Below, piece after piece: positions 14,990-28,165 of a DNA stretch of 64,000 bases. Each line of letters begins with the position of its first letter. Within the stretch, counting starts at the first letter, position 1. Location: the NCBI RefSeq assembly GCF_009914755.1, contig NC_060937.1. The stretch is one strand, 5' to 3'. Both the position numbers and the translations under genes were made by a program. The DNA is from the human T2T-CHM13v2.0 reference genome, Homo sapiens. The notes beneath the pieces were generated by a model. That model was given only the letters and a program-made list of their open reading frames with translations. It had not been told where the DNA came from and ran no database searches.

Positions 14990-15820
14990 GAATTAGTTTT
15001 CTCTTGCTGCTGTAACAAGTTCCCAGGAACCTAATGGGATTATTATCTCATATTTCAGGGGTCAGGAGTCCAAAGTGGGCTTCACTGGGCTGACTCAAGG
15101 ATTGCTTTCCTTCTGAGGCCATGAGGGAGAGTCCGCCGCCTTGCCTTTCCACCTTCTAGAGTTTTAACACTAGAGTTTGCAAATGAGAAGAAAAGATCTA
15201 ACTCTTCGAAAAGTGTAGAGAATGGTGAGAAGGGCATAAAATTCAGATAAGCCAGAGAAGAAAGGCTTTCAGCAAATTAAATTCAGCAGAGTTCAATTGG
15301 GCAAAAAAATGATCTGCAAATCAGTCTCCAGAACCAGAAGAGGTTCAGAGTGACTGAACTGGGGCTGTCACATGGTCAGATAATATTTATGGACAGAGGA
15401 AAGAAAGTCACCTAAGAAAATGAAGTGATGTGCAGAAACAGCTGGGTTGGTCACAGCTGGGCTCTTGCCTTATCTGAACAAGTTTTAATGGTTGGCCACC
15501 TGTGCTTGGCTGATGATTGGCTGAGATTTGGCTACTTATTAAAAGAGTAGCTTACAGGAGGATGTTTACACATCAATGAGGTTACAGTTCACTATGCACA
15601 AGAAGCCTTGAGGCCAAACTTAAAATATGTGAGGAGGCAGCTTTAGGCCACACATAATTTAACAAGAGGCTGCCAGCGTTCCTTGGCTTGTGGCCCCTCC
15701 TCCATCTCCAGAGCCAGCAGTCGCCTCCCTCTGACCTCTGCTTTTATTGTCAGTCTCCTTCTCAGGCTCCCCAGCCACTCTCTTTCCCTTATAAGGATCC
15801 TTGTGCTCACAGTGGCCCTC
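14990..15820 (-). mobile_element. MLT1 (D/E-like) LTR split by an ERV1 LTR
   Basis: TTAGTTTTCTCTTGCTGCTGTAACAAG...CTTCTAGAG resumes at 15665 as AGAGGCTGCCAGCGTTCCTTGGCTTGTGGCCCC. Confidence 0.75.
15162..15664 (-). mobile_element. ERV1 solo LTR (MER57-like)
   Basis: Ends ...GCCAAACTTAAAATATGTGAGGAGGCAGCTTTAGGCC...AATTTAACA, like the reverse complement of the MER57-type 5' end; 4-bp TSD AGAG at 15158-15161 and 15665-15668. Confidence 0.75.
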
Positions 15821-16430
15821 TCAGATCGTCTTGGAGGCAGGGGCTGCTTTTCCCAACTTATAAGCAGGAGAATGTGGCTGAGAGAGCCCATTGCTCTTCC
15901 CAGTGCCCCATTTCTCTTAAGAACAGCTAATAATGGAATAACAAGTTTTCATCCTGGGCTTCTAATCACTCTTGTAAGGATCAGTCACGATTGATAGAAA
16001 TATCTGGGCTCTTGAATATGATGACTTTTCTGCTTAAACAACCATCAGTTTCAACTGAAAATACTGTGAGCAGAAATGGTTTCTATTTTTATCTTTTCTT
16101 CATTTGTTAAGGTATAATGGGCATAGAATGCACATATTGAAAGTGTACACTGTGGTACATATGTGTATACTCACCACAATCAAAACCATGTCCATATTCA
16201 TCACCACCAAAAGTAGAACACGCATGTCCCCTGTGATCCGACCGTCCCCATACCCACATTCCCAGGCAAACTCCGATGCTTCCTATCACTATAAGTTAGT
16301 TACATTTTCTAGAATTTTATACAAAAGAAATCATATACTATGAAATCTTTTTACTTCATTCAGCATAATTTGAGATTTATCCATGTCTTTCCATGTATCA
16401 CTAGTTCTTGGCTTTTCATTGCTTAGTAGT

Positions 16431-16836
16431 TATATTAGTCCATTTTCCTTTCCATAGAGAAATACCTGAGACTGGGTAATTTATAAAGAAGAGGTTTATT
16501 TGGCTCATGCTTCTGCAGGTTATACAGGAAGCATCAGACCAGCATCTGCTTCTGTTGAGGCCTCAGGAAGCTTCTAATTACAGTGGAAGGTGAAGGGGGA
16601 GCAGGCGTGTCACATGGCAAGAGAGGGAACAAGGGAGTGAGGGGGAGGTGCCAGCCTCTATAAACAACCAGCTCTCTTCTGAACTAATAGAGGAGAGCTC
16701 ACTCATTACCATGAGAGGGTACCAAGCCACTCATGAGGGATCCACCCTCATGAGCCAAACACTTCCTACTAGGCCCCATCTCCAACACTAGGGATCATAT
16801 TTGAACATCAGTCTTGGAGGGGACAAACTATATTGA
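16431..16836 (-). mobile_element. MST (MSTA/B-like) MaLR solo LTR
   Basis: AAATACCTGAGACTGGGTAATTTATAAAGAAGAGGTTTATTTGGCTCA...GAGGCCTCAGGAAGCTT...CATGAGGGATCCACCC. Confidence 0.9.
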
Positions 16837-17795
16837 TAGTATTCCATTGTTCATGCAGCCAGTTGGGAATGAACATTGGATTGTTTCTGGTCTTGGGCTA
16901 TGATGAGTAAAGCTGCTACAGGAATTCAGTTTCAGGTCTTTGTGTGGACAAATGTACTCTTTTCTTCCAGGGTAGTATCTAGGTACAAATGACTAGGTCA
17001 TGTGATATGTACGTTTAACTTTTTTAGAAACTACCAAACTGTTTTCCGAAGTCTTTGCACCATTTCACTTTCTCAACAGCAGTGAATGTTCCCACCCTAG
17101 GATGTTCCAGTTACTTTACATTCTCAACAGCACTTGGAATCATCAGTTTAAAATATTTTAGCCATTCTAAAGGTATGTAGTGGTATCTTGGAGTAGTTTT
17201 AATTTGCATTTTCTTAATGACTAATGACATTGAGCTTTTTTCTTGTTCTTATTTTCCATCTTTATCTTCTTTCATGAAATGTCTATCCAAATCTTTTGTC
17301 CATTTTTATCATGTTGTTTTCATATTATTGCATTTGAGAGTGTTTTATAAACATGCTCTGGATAAAAGATCTTTATCAGATATGTGGTTTACAAATGTTT
17401 TCTCCCTGACTGTGGCTTATCATTTAATTTTCTTAACAGTGTCTTTTGAAAAACAGAAGTTTTAAATTTTGATGAAATCCAGTTTGTCAGTTGTTTTCTT
17501 TTAGGGATCGTGATTTTTTGTTGTATTTATGAAATCTTTTCCTAACACATGGTTACAATGTTTTTCTTCTATGTGTTCTTACAGAAGTTTTGTATAGCTA
17601 GGTTTTACATTTAGGTCTATGATTCATTTTCAGTTAATTTTTATATGTGGCCTGAGATATGGATTCAGGTTCATTTTTCTTGCACATGAACATCCATCTG
17701 TTCCAGCATCATTTGGTGAAAAAATGATTCTTGTCCATTGAATTATCTTTGCATTTTCATTAAAAATCAATTGGCTTTATATTTGTGTTCAGTGA

Positions 17796-18175
<380 letters not shown>

Positions 18176-18479
18176 TAGGTCCTCCATTTTTTTCCAAGTC
18201 TGTTTTGGTCATTCTAGGCACTTTGCATTTCCATGTGTTTTAGAAACAGATCCTCATTTTCTACCAAAAAAAAAAAAAAAAAAAAAAAAAAAGCCTGTTC
18301 GGATATTGATTAGCATTGTGTAGAATATTTAGACCAATTTGAGAAGATTTGGCATATTAACAATATTGAATCTTCCAACCCATCACACAGTCTATCTCTC
18401 ATTTTATTTTGCCTGAACAGCAGGTGATAGTTTTAAGTGTACAGACCTTGACCTTGTGGGACTCCCAACTCCATCTGGA

Positions 18480-18722
18480 GTCAGGGAGATCTCCAGGCTC
18501 AGGGTGGATTCTTCCTGCCTGAGCTGCAGCCTGGAAACCTCCAGGCAATAACTGGGGAAGCCAAAGGCTCAGCGTATTTGTTTCTGCCTCTCAGGGATTA
18601 CTCTCAAGTCTGGCCTGGCATCTAATGTTTGAAAACTGGTGTTTCTTATATTTAGGTTGCTTTTATTTTCAGTGAGAGGGTAAATATGGTTCCTATTACT
18701 TCATTTTTTTAAGAATCAGAAA
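18480..18722 (-). mobile_element. Old L1M 5'-end-like fragment
   Basis: CTGCAGCCTGGAAAC...TTTGTTTCTGCCTCTCAGGGATTAC...GAGAGGGTAAAT resembles antisense L1ME 5' sequence. Confidence 0.45.
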
Positions 18723-19009
18723 TCCTCTTTTTCACTCTTTATAGCAGACTTCCCCTATTTAGATACTTAGGCAAAGCAAATGCAAAGTAGCTCTGTTATT
18801 GTTAATATTACTGGCCAAATACCTGAATTGCAGCAAAGCTGATGGTTAACTTGCCAGGCCTGAAAGACAAGCAGTGTAGTAGAATATAGTCAAAAACGAT
18901 CTGGCCTATAAACATGAAAAATAGTGCTTGCCCTCATTAGTTATCACCAAAATGCATATTAAAACCACACAAAGATGGCATTTCACACCGAGGATGGTGA
19001 GGTAAGAAA

Positions 19010-19300
19010 CCTAGTGGGAGGGTTAGATGTTGATCAAATGAGCACAAAATCAAATACAGAATGTCAGCTGTGGTGGTCTAGAAAGGAGAAGGACATTGTG
19101 CCCTGAAAGAGAACAACAGAGGGCTTGACCTGGCCTAGGGGCTGGGAAGCCTTCACTGAGGAAGTGTAGGTCTTGGGGCAGCTGAGGCATGAGTAAGAGT
19201 TTAACCAGGCTGATACAAAGATAGAAAAGGTTTCAAAGGGAGCAGCAGGCGACAAAGTCCAGTGATGGAGAATATGGAAGGCGTGGGGAGCCCAGTGAAA
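19010..19300 (-). mobile_element. L2 fragment
   Basis: GACCTGGCCTAGGGGGCTGGGAAGCCTTCACTGAGGAAGTG... typical of antisense L2. Confidence 0.55.
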
Positions 19301-19591
19301 GACAGTGCTGGGCGGTGAGGTGTCTAAGCCAGGCAGCTCTTGGTGGGGAGGAACCTTCCAGACACCACACAAGGAATGACTTTCAGGGCAGATGGAGCCC
19401 TTGCCATCCCCAAACCTGCCTTCTAGGGGGAAGACAGGCCACAAACCAAGTACACGGCAACAACATAAGATGTTTGCTAATGTGATCCAGTCTATGAAGT
19501 GGTGGAGAAGACGGCCCAAGAAGGATTCTCAGGAAAGGGCAACAGGACATGCAGAAGCCCTGTGGGGAAAGAGGCTTGTGTTCAAGAAAGG

Positions 19592-19840
19592 GAATTCAGG
19601 AAAGCCTTGGGTTAGAGGTGTGAATTTGGGAGAGCTCTGGGTCAGAGGCATGAATTTGGGAGAGCCCTGGGCTAGACATTTGAATTCTGGAGAGCTGTGG
19701 GTCAGAGGTTTGAATTCGGGAGAACCCTGGGTGAGAGGTGTGAATTTGGGAGAGCCCTGGATGAGAAGTGTAAATTCGGCAGAGCCTTGGGTGAGGTGTG
19801 AATTCGGGAGATTCCCTGGGTCAGAGGTGTGAATTTGGGA
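19592..19840. repeat. Minisatellite, 30-bp unit, about 8 copies
   Basis: Consensus GGGTCAGAGGTGTGAATTTGGGAGAGCCCT repeated with divergence. Confidence 0.95.
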
Positions 19841-20149
19841 CTGGACAGTGTTTACTTCCTAGGCTGCTGTAACATAGCACCACTGTTTTTCAGCTTCTCC
19901 CCACTCCGAGTTCTTGGCTGCTGTGCTCTGTGTTTCCCCCTTGTTCACTCCCCTCACCCCCTGTCCTCCTTGGCTACTATTATTATGATCTGACACAGTT
20001 CTTCCAGGCTGGCCGAGTGGCCTCTTCTACTCTCACCCCCTACTCTCTCCAGGTAATGTCATCCAGGCTCACAGCCACATTACATTTTAAGGTTACAGTA
20101 GAGCAGAAGTAGTCACATATACAAGAACACGGGGGAAAGTAACAGTGTT

Positions 20150-21040
20150 ACATCGCTGAGGTGGAGGGTGAGCAGGTGAGTGGCATGAGAGGAGGTGACG
20201 CCTCTGCGCTAAGGTCAGGATGCCGGGGATAATGTGTCTCGTGGGAAGGCTGCAGGAGTGGAGGTTGGGGGAGTGTCTGGGGACACCTGCTTCTTCTGAG
20301 AAGGAGGGTGTGAGAGAGGTGAGGTGTGAGAGAGGGTGGGGTTCGGTGGGGCTGGAAGTTTGAGGAGAGTGGAGATTGCGTTAAGGAGTGGCGGTGGAGA
20401 GGGGAGAATGAGCTGGCGGGGAAAGGCAGGAGGGTGGCCGGGCTGGCTGCCGTGTCTGTTAGGGTCAATCCCATGAATGCCCCTGTGTCCTGATGGTGAT
20501 GCTTCCCAGGAGACCCCAGCAGAGACCCACCAGGGCACCACACTCATCCCAGTGACTTGGGTGGGAAGCAGGAGGGGTGAGGAGTTTTGGATACTGGCAG
20601 GGATGTTCAATGATGGCCGTGGATATGGAGGGAAATGAAGAAAGAGAACCTGATGGGTTGAAGAAGTAAAAAGAGTCAGCACTGGGTGGGGGCCGGGAGG
20701 TGAGGGAGCAGGGGTGAGGACTGAACAGGTGATCTGCGGGGAGAGGCTCCGGCACTGACCCCAGAGATTCAAACAGTGATTTCAGAAGATGAGGCTGGAG
20801 TGTGGCTGTGGGAAGGATGGTGAGATAAAGGGGACATGGGAGGTGAGGAGGAGACTGCATGGCCACAATGTCACTCATGTAGACATTGAAGTCACCCAGG
20901 GGGCGGGTGGGAGCAGAGGTGGATGGTGCACTGTGAGCCACATGTCAACATCTTACATGGCCGAGAGGGAGTGACGAGAGGTCACTGTGCAGTGGCAGAG
21001 GTGGGGTCAGGTACATGTTTGAGGCATGGGCTTCAAAAAA
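20150..21040 (-). mobile_element. Internal ORF2 remnant of an L2/CR1-clade LINE with endonuclease motif
   Basis: Purine-rich plus strand; reverse complement of 20879-20899 reads CTG GGT GAC TTC AAT GTC TAC = LGDFNVY, the APE-endonuclease GDFN motif. Confidence 0.6.
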
Positions 21041-24000
21041 GCAGTGTCATAGCTTTTGACCTCTGTCACATGAGGTCATTTACAAGCAGAGGTCTAAGAT
21101 GATGGTCATGTATGTGTCCATCCACCTATTCAATAGCTCACTCTAACACTATGCCTGTGATTGAAAAACCGTGTTGGTGAACATGTTGAATGACAGGTAT
21201 CTACCAGTCTCCATGTTGGGCTTGCAGGCAGGAGGTAGATGAAAACGTTCTGTCGTCTTGGAGTGTTCAGAGTCAGAAGCATTGACAAACGAATTCGAGT
21301 AGGAGGGAAATGTCACAGTCGCTCTGCATTCCATAGAGAGGGGACAGAGTGACACACTCTGGGGGAAGGAGTAGAGGAGCTGGTGGTGGTTGTGTCTGAA
21401 AGCACGGTTGGCTTAGGGAAACACCAGATCGGCCTCAGTGGCCTGAGGCCTGGTCAGAGGGGTGAGTGCGTTGGTCTTTGAGTCTCCCCATCCCTCCTGG
21501 TTGGACTGACTAGACTGCAGGAGCTTCACGAATTCACCAGTTCCTGGAGTCTCCTTGGAATAGGACTGCCGCAAGCCTCGTCCGGCTCCTTGAGGAAGGA
21601 AGAGCATCCAGTGCACCTGTGACCCCCCAAGCACAAGCACTGGCTGTACCCTCTGATGGAAACAGGTTTCCTACCCGCTGCTGCTCTGCAGTCCTTACTT
21701 GGCAGGCACGGACGTAGAACCCATCCAGCTCTGTCTTTCCCCATACACAGTGTTGTAAAATCAAACTCACTGGTCATCCCTGGGTGATTGGGCCCTATTG
21801 GAACCTTCGCTTCTGATGTCCTTAGAAGTGGCTCAATGAAATATTTTTCTTTTTCTGAATGTGGGGGGTGAACAGAGAAAATTGCCATCATTTGTTCTTC
21901 TTCTGTTAATTCTCCCTATGATCTCAGGCCAGGAGTGTATGGGCAGACAGTTCCCTGTGGCCATTGACTCAGTCTTCCGAACTACAGCATTTGCCCTTTT
22001 ATTCAAAATCCCATCTGTCTGGTTTTCAATGGTTCTGTCTGCAGCATTTTCCCCATGCTGGTCTATAAATGCAGGGTGTGTGTGTGTGTGTATGGATGCT
22101 TAGATGTACCTATAGATAGAGAGGGGAGTGCCTAGGCCAGATCACTCAGAGAAGGTGTTGGATTAAGCCATTTTGATGTTTCCATTACAGAAATCCTAAA
22201 CTAAGCACAGCTTCTCTGACACCAGTAACAATTTCATTACTGAGCCATGAGATAACAGCAGGTTTACTAGAGAAGGCGGTAAAAAGATTGAGAATTCAAA
22301 TAATGAATGGAGTGCACACAGGAAAGGGTACTGTGCATGTCTTCATGAGGAACCTGAGTTAAGGCTGCTGTGCCACAAAGCAAGTAATGTGTAATTTTTT
22401 CTTTGGAAGCATGTAGAGGCTTTAAGATAACAAGTTTCTCTTAAGAAAACCTAGGATTTTAAAAGAAACAGAACTAAGATTAGAACCTTCATCGTGTATT
22501 CAGTTCTTTTCGTATTATATTAGTAGTAATGAATACAGATTTAATTGCATATAATGCATTTCAAGCAATTTTAGATTGAAGCAGAGTATTATGACTGTAG
22601 AAAGTCCATTTTTTAACTAATGCAAAATATTTGCAAAAGTATTTGTCTTTACGTTATACATCAGCCATTATCCATTATAGTAATGATTTTAAAATACTTC
22701 CTTTTTGTTCTATACTTGATTTGACTCACATATTTAATACAATATTAGAGACGTGGGAAAAAACACAATATACATCAGTGAATACAGAACCCATTCAACA
22801 AGAACCAATACAGCAGAAGTCCCTTTTCAGCCACACTCCCCCTCCTCCTGCAGCATTGTTTTGTACACTTGCTGCATATACATACACACAGAAACAGCAC
22901 TTATTACTATTGTCTTTTAAATATAGAAGTTGACTCTTGTCTCCTTGCATAGTTCCTGGTGGGCACTCCTGGGCTTTGGTCTGTCCTCAAGGTCGTTCAG
23001 GGACTTGGGTTCCTTCCTAGGGTAGCATGTCTCTGTCTTTGGTGAAACACGGCTTTAAAAAATCTCCAAAGCATCATGAACCCCGAGTTTGTAAATTTCA
23101 TAAAGAAAGATGAATTATTAGAAGATGAAATTGAAAAGCAGATACACAATTTTGCTCTGCAGTCATCAGTCAATAAAGAGTCAAGAGTGAAATCCCGGTT
23201 CTTGTACCAACACCTATCTGCGCACTTTGAACAGATACCATTTACGGTAGTGTTGACAGTTAGTGTGGCAACTGTGCTTACTTATTGTTAGATTTCTCTC
23301 ATCCAGGTTGGATGGACCACAGTATATTTGTTTATTTCCCGGCTCTCTAGTTCTCTAGGAAAACCAAGGGGTTTTCTTAGCTCTGTGGCCATCCAGGGGT
23401 GAGGGGCTCCTCACAGGGGCGCAGACGGGACTCAGGGAGGGTAGGGCTGCCCCCTTATGAAGGTGCTCCTTCCTTGGGAGTTCTCCTGGGTGTCCTGGAG
23501 CTGGCTGTGGGCAAGAGACCCTGCCCCAGGAAGACGCAGGTGTGGTCAGCACAGTGCATCAATTAAATCAATTCCGAGACTGCTCCATTCACACAAGGCT
23601 GAAAATTTACGTTCCATACGATTTATCTTCCCAAATTATGTTCAGTCACAGTATCCGTGAAAGCTGTGGGAGAGTCTACAGTGACAGTAGACTAATAATA
23701 GTAAGATGCAAAAGGATACTCAGCAAAATGCCAGCCACCTGAGACCCCCACATTAAACCACAAACCCTTCCCATTATCAAATTTGCAGTGAAAGCTTAAA
23801 TTGCACATCTTGGCTTTAGCTGTCCTATTATCATCACAATCTATTTACTGTCTGTGAGAATAAATCAAATGAATTCATTGTGCACATCTGAAAATGAATC
23901 TACATTCCCTTTTACATGGCTACTTTTTCATGACATATAGGTTATCTTTGCCACATTGCTTTCCATTTTAAAAGAGCTAAGAGTTTCTCAAAGTAAGTAC

Positions 24001-25479
24001 TTTTCTGAGAGTCCTTAATTTGGAAGAACTCTGCTTTCTCTGAGTCGCTAGGGGAGAAGTTAACAGATGCTGAAAGATGACATCAGCATTTAATTGCAAA
24101 TCAGTTCTGTTTTCTGGTAGCCTGGCTATTGTGCTCACATTTGAAAACTGTTTTGATTCTTAAATTTTTACCGTGTTTGCTAAATCTGGATAGATTATGA
24201 AGTCACATTCCTAAAAGATACTTGTATGTTTAGAGGCGAGAATTGGAGATCTTCAATGAATTGGAGGGTTGCCTTGCTTCTTAGACCACAGAAGCAGCTC
24301 AGGAATATAGTGCTCACCTGGTGCCTAGCAGGGTAAGCCCAGGACAGGAGCTCATATTTAAGTACGAGAAATGGAGTGTATGCAGGGAGAAAATGGAAAC
24401 TACAGTTTTAAGGATGCTTTGGGGAATATGGAATCCTTGGTGAAAAAGGGCCATTATACAGCTTTCTTCCCTGGTAAAGGGATGAACTCCTGAATTTTAG
24501 GTGTGGGGACAGGGGGTGGGAGAGGGATGGGGGAGATCTGAGTTCATAAAAGTGTCTTTCAAATAATGTGAAGAACAGCTGGTATGTGTCATGTAAAGGG
24601 TCAGAGAACACACGAGCTGTAGAGGGGCATTTCCTGAGGAATGCATGTGCTTTTAGATTTGCCACAACCCTGAAAGCTAGATCTGAGGCTCAGCAAGATG
24701 CGGCATGGGCATTTTTGTCAATGGAGGAGTGGATTCCTTTTTCTGCACACAGCAGCATAGCTGACATTTTTTTCCCTTCTTAATAAAGACATCCACCCCC
24801 TTGACCTTTAGAGCTGATCTTCTAAAAGACCGTACTGTTTCTTGCATAATCATCACCTGTTCTGCTACACAATTGCTCTGTTTGGACCCATGCTTCGGGA
24901 TAGGAGACATCCCCTGAGAAGGCCAGGGTCAGACTGGCTGGGCTGCAAGCAGCCGGAGGTGCCTGCTGTGTTCCTGCAGTTTCCAGTGTGAGCTGCAGAG
25001 GAGAGACAGCCACTTTGTGAGTAACCACCATAATTCTATTATTAGGTGAGAGGTTAATAATTGACATGTTAAAGCATATCCGGGAGGGTATAGAGGGTAA
25101 GTCTAAATGTCAGTGTTCATTAGTGGTTTTTTGTATTACAAGTTTTCTTATTCCCAGTATTCATAAGATGTCACTCTTGAGTGTTCATGAGATCAACTAA
25201 CTCATCAGCAGGTAAACACACAGGGCCTTCGTGGCACCTCAAGCATTTCATAACATGAGGTTCCTTGAGATTGCAAATGTGATAGAATAAAATCTGTACA
25301 CAGCATAAATGAGCAACGGTGTCAGACAACGACAAGACAAACATGTTTCCAGCATGTCCCCATTTCATCTAATGTGATGTGCGAAAGAACTGAAAAAGGA
25401 ACACAGCAAACTGGGAGGCTCAGGGCACAAGGTGGGGCAGAGGAGCGAATAGAGGCCAGGCCAGGCCGGCCCATGTACT

Positions 25480-25625
25480 AATTCATCACAGTTGCAGGTG
25501 TGGTTGACTGGACCCTAACTCTGGGAGGTGCCGGCTGATTTGGTCACCACAGTTGTCTTAGGGGCCTGCACGGCTATGGTCCCATTTTAAGAGCTGGGGA
25601 GCTGAGTTGCAATGAGGCCAGCCTA
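25480..25625 (-). mobile_element. MIR-like fragment
   Basis: TCCCATTTTAAGAGCTGGGGAGCTGAGTTGCAATGAGG resembles the MIR core. Confidence 0.4.
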
Positions 25626-26289
25626 CACATGGTGGAGCTGGGAGAGCACCGGGACACGCAGCCCAAGCTCCTGGTGCCCTTGCATTCATGTGCCAGCTTC
25701 TGACAAGGGCTGCTGTTCTGGGATTTTACTCTAAGAGCGCAGGGAAGCCACGTCGATGGTGTAGGGGGAGAGGATGCCCCCGCTCGGCAATTAACACGAA
25801 GCCCCTCTCTGGAAGGAGGATGCTGTGGCATTGCCTGGGCTTTGTCACAGTTTTGTCATTCTGGGCCAGCCTCCCCCATCCTGTGCACCCCTCCTTCCTT
25901 CCGTGTGGAGCCCCCTTTCCTCTAGGATGCAGTCTGAAGGCCAGCTTGTGCACAAGGCCTCCCGTCCAGTGTCCCCTCAGCTGAGTGTGACCTTCCTGCT
26001 GGCCCTTAGCTGCCCTCTGGCACTGTAGTCACCTCTGTCAGTGCCTCTCCTGATTGCCAAGCATTGCAAGGGCCTGTGCCGGTTGCCTGGTGGCCCTGAG
26101 GCTCTGAGCCCTCTGCAGAGTTTAATACCCTTCTGCTGAGTGACATGTTTAGGGCCAGCCTCTGGTCAGAGGAAAGGCCAGGCTAGGCCACTGCTTGCAT
26201 CTTTGAGGGGTGAGGCTTGCCTGTGGAGGGGACTGGGCTCAGTGAGTGGGTGTCATGTCTGTGGTCAGTAGCTGGCCCCTGGGGCGACT

Positions 26290-26800
<511 letters not shown>

Positions 26801-27442
26801 GATCTGGGTGCACATGCCACCCCAAGAAAGGACAGAAATTAGCTCTACCTCAAGCATAACCCAGAAGTCCTGGGGGGAAATGGAGGCAGGCGCGGCCCAA
26901 AGGCTGCTCTGCAGACCAGGCTGCAAAGTGTGTGAATGATTCCTGTCTGCAGCAGCCCCACTCATGGGAGCCGAACCACCCAGGTGTGTGTCCCTGTGAA
27001 GGTTAAGGAAGGAGGTTCAAGCTGGTGTGCTGAGGGAGAGCTTGTGACCACAGCCACACACTGTGTGCCCTCGGGTCATTTATTGCACAACACATAAAGA
27101 GATTTCAGTCACCTAAAGCTCTTGATGATCAGACCAGGTTATCTGTAAATTTCAGGAGAAAATGCACCTGAATTCACTCCTGAAGGTTGTGGGCTGAGGG
27201 GCTCTTCTTTCAGTTTTCCTTCATCTCAGAGAAAGAGAACACCTGCAAAGCCTTGACTCCTTGTCCAGCTGGAATGGCCAGGCCCTGTCCCTGGGGCTGG
27301 CTGATCTTGACGCTGATGCTCCATAGCCGGCAGCTCTTAGTGCCTTCGTCATGGGCCACCATGAAAGAGGGCGGTGCCCCCAGCCCCTCCACAGCTCTCC
27401 AGGTGGACGGTCTTGTTGGTGGTGACTTCAGATAAGAGGTAG

Positions 27443-27506
27443 GGAGCAGGAGAGCAGGAGAAGGGGAGGGGAGAGAGAGAGAGAGAGAGATCAAGAAAGA
27501 AAAGAG
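27443..27506. repeat. GA-rich low-complexity tract with (GA)n
   Basis: GGAGAAGGGGAGGGGAGAGAGAGAGAGAGAGAGA. Confidence 0.85.
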
Positions 27507-28165
27507 CAATCTAGAGTGTGGACTGAAGCTGTGTTTAATATGAAGAGAAGGGGAACACTGGAGGAGGCAGCAGGCCTGGGCCAGCTGAGGAAGGCAGAGG
27601 TGAATCTGCTGTGAGTCACCTGGCAGAGACCTGGAAACCTTTGGCCCCCAGCTCCCTGTCCACCCCCATGTACTCCTACCTCACTGCCCCCATCCCCTGA
27701 TGGCTCTCAGGCCTATCTTCTGCAGCTCCTGTCCATGAAAATGACTCACTGATGGAATGACCCACAGGCCCCAGACAGCCATTCAGCCAAGGAGGAGGGA
27801 AGAGTGGGGAAAGCATAGCTCTGGGACCAAGTGCGGGAGGTGGGGGCTGCTCTTGCCAAACAGAATCAGGAACAAGGAGCAGCACAAGAGGTGCTGAGCA
27901 GTGGCCTCAGCCAGCGGGCTCTCTGCTGCCAGGGGCATGCCATCCATCACGTGGGGTAGGTCTCTTTGCTGTGGGTACCCAAGAACTCTGCCAGGCCCTG
28001 CTGAGGGTGCCCTGAAAACCTCAGCCAGCCTGCTATCCCCACCTAAACTCTGCTCTGGTTCTTCCTGGAGCTGACACATTTAGTTCAGTGCATCCCAGAC
28101 ATCACCATGTGGAAGTGAGAGGCTCAGCTGGTCCAGCAAGGAGGGCCACCCTTCTCCCATGGTCC

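Noticed and set aside
19592-19840. CRISPR-like periodicity
   Set aside because: Contiguous tandem units without unique spacers in primate DNA; it is a minisatellite
21057-21078. Everted nuclear-receptor half-sites TGACCT-n10-AGGTCA
   Set aside because: Atypical spacing; expected by chance
23076-23291. 71-aa ORF that looks protein-like (MNPEFVNFIKKDELLEDEIEKQ)
   Set aside because: Short, no recognised homology, no processed-pseudogene hallmarks
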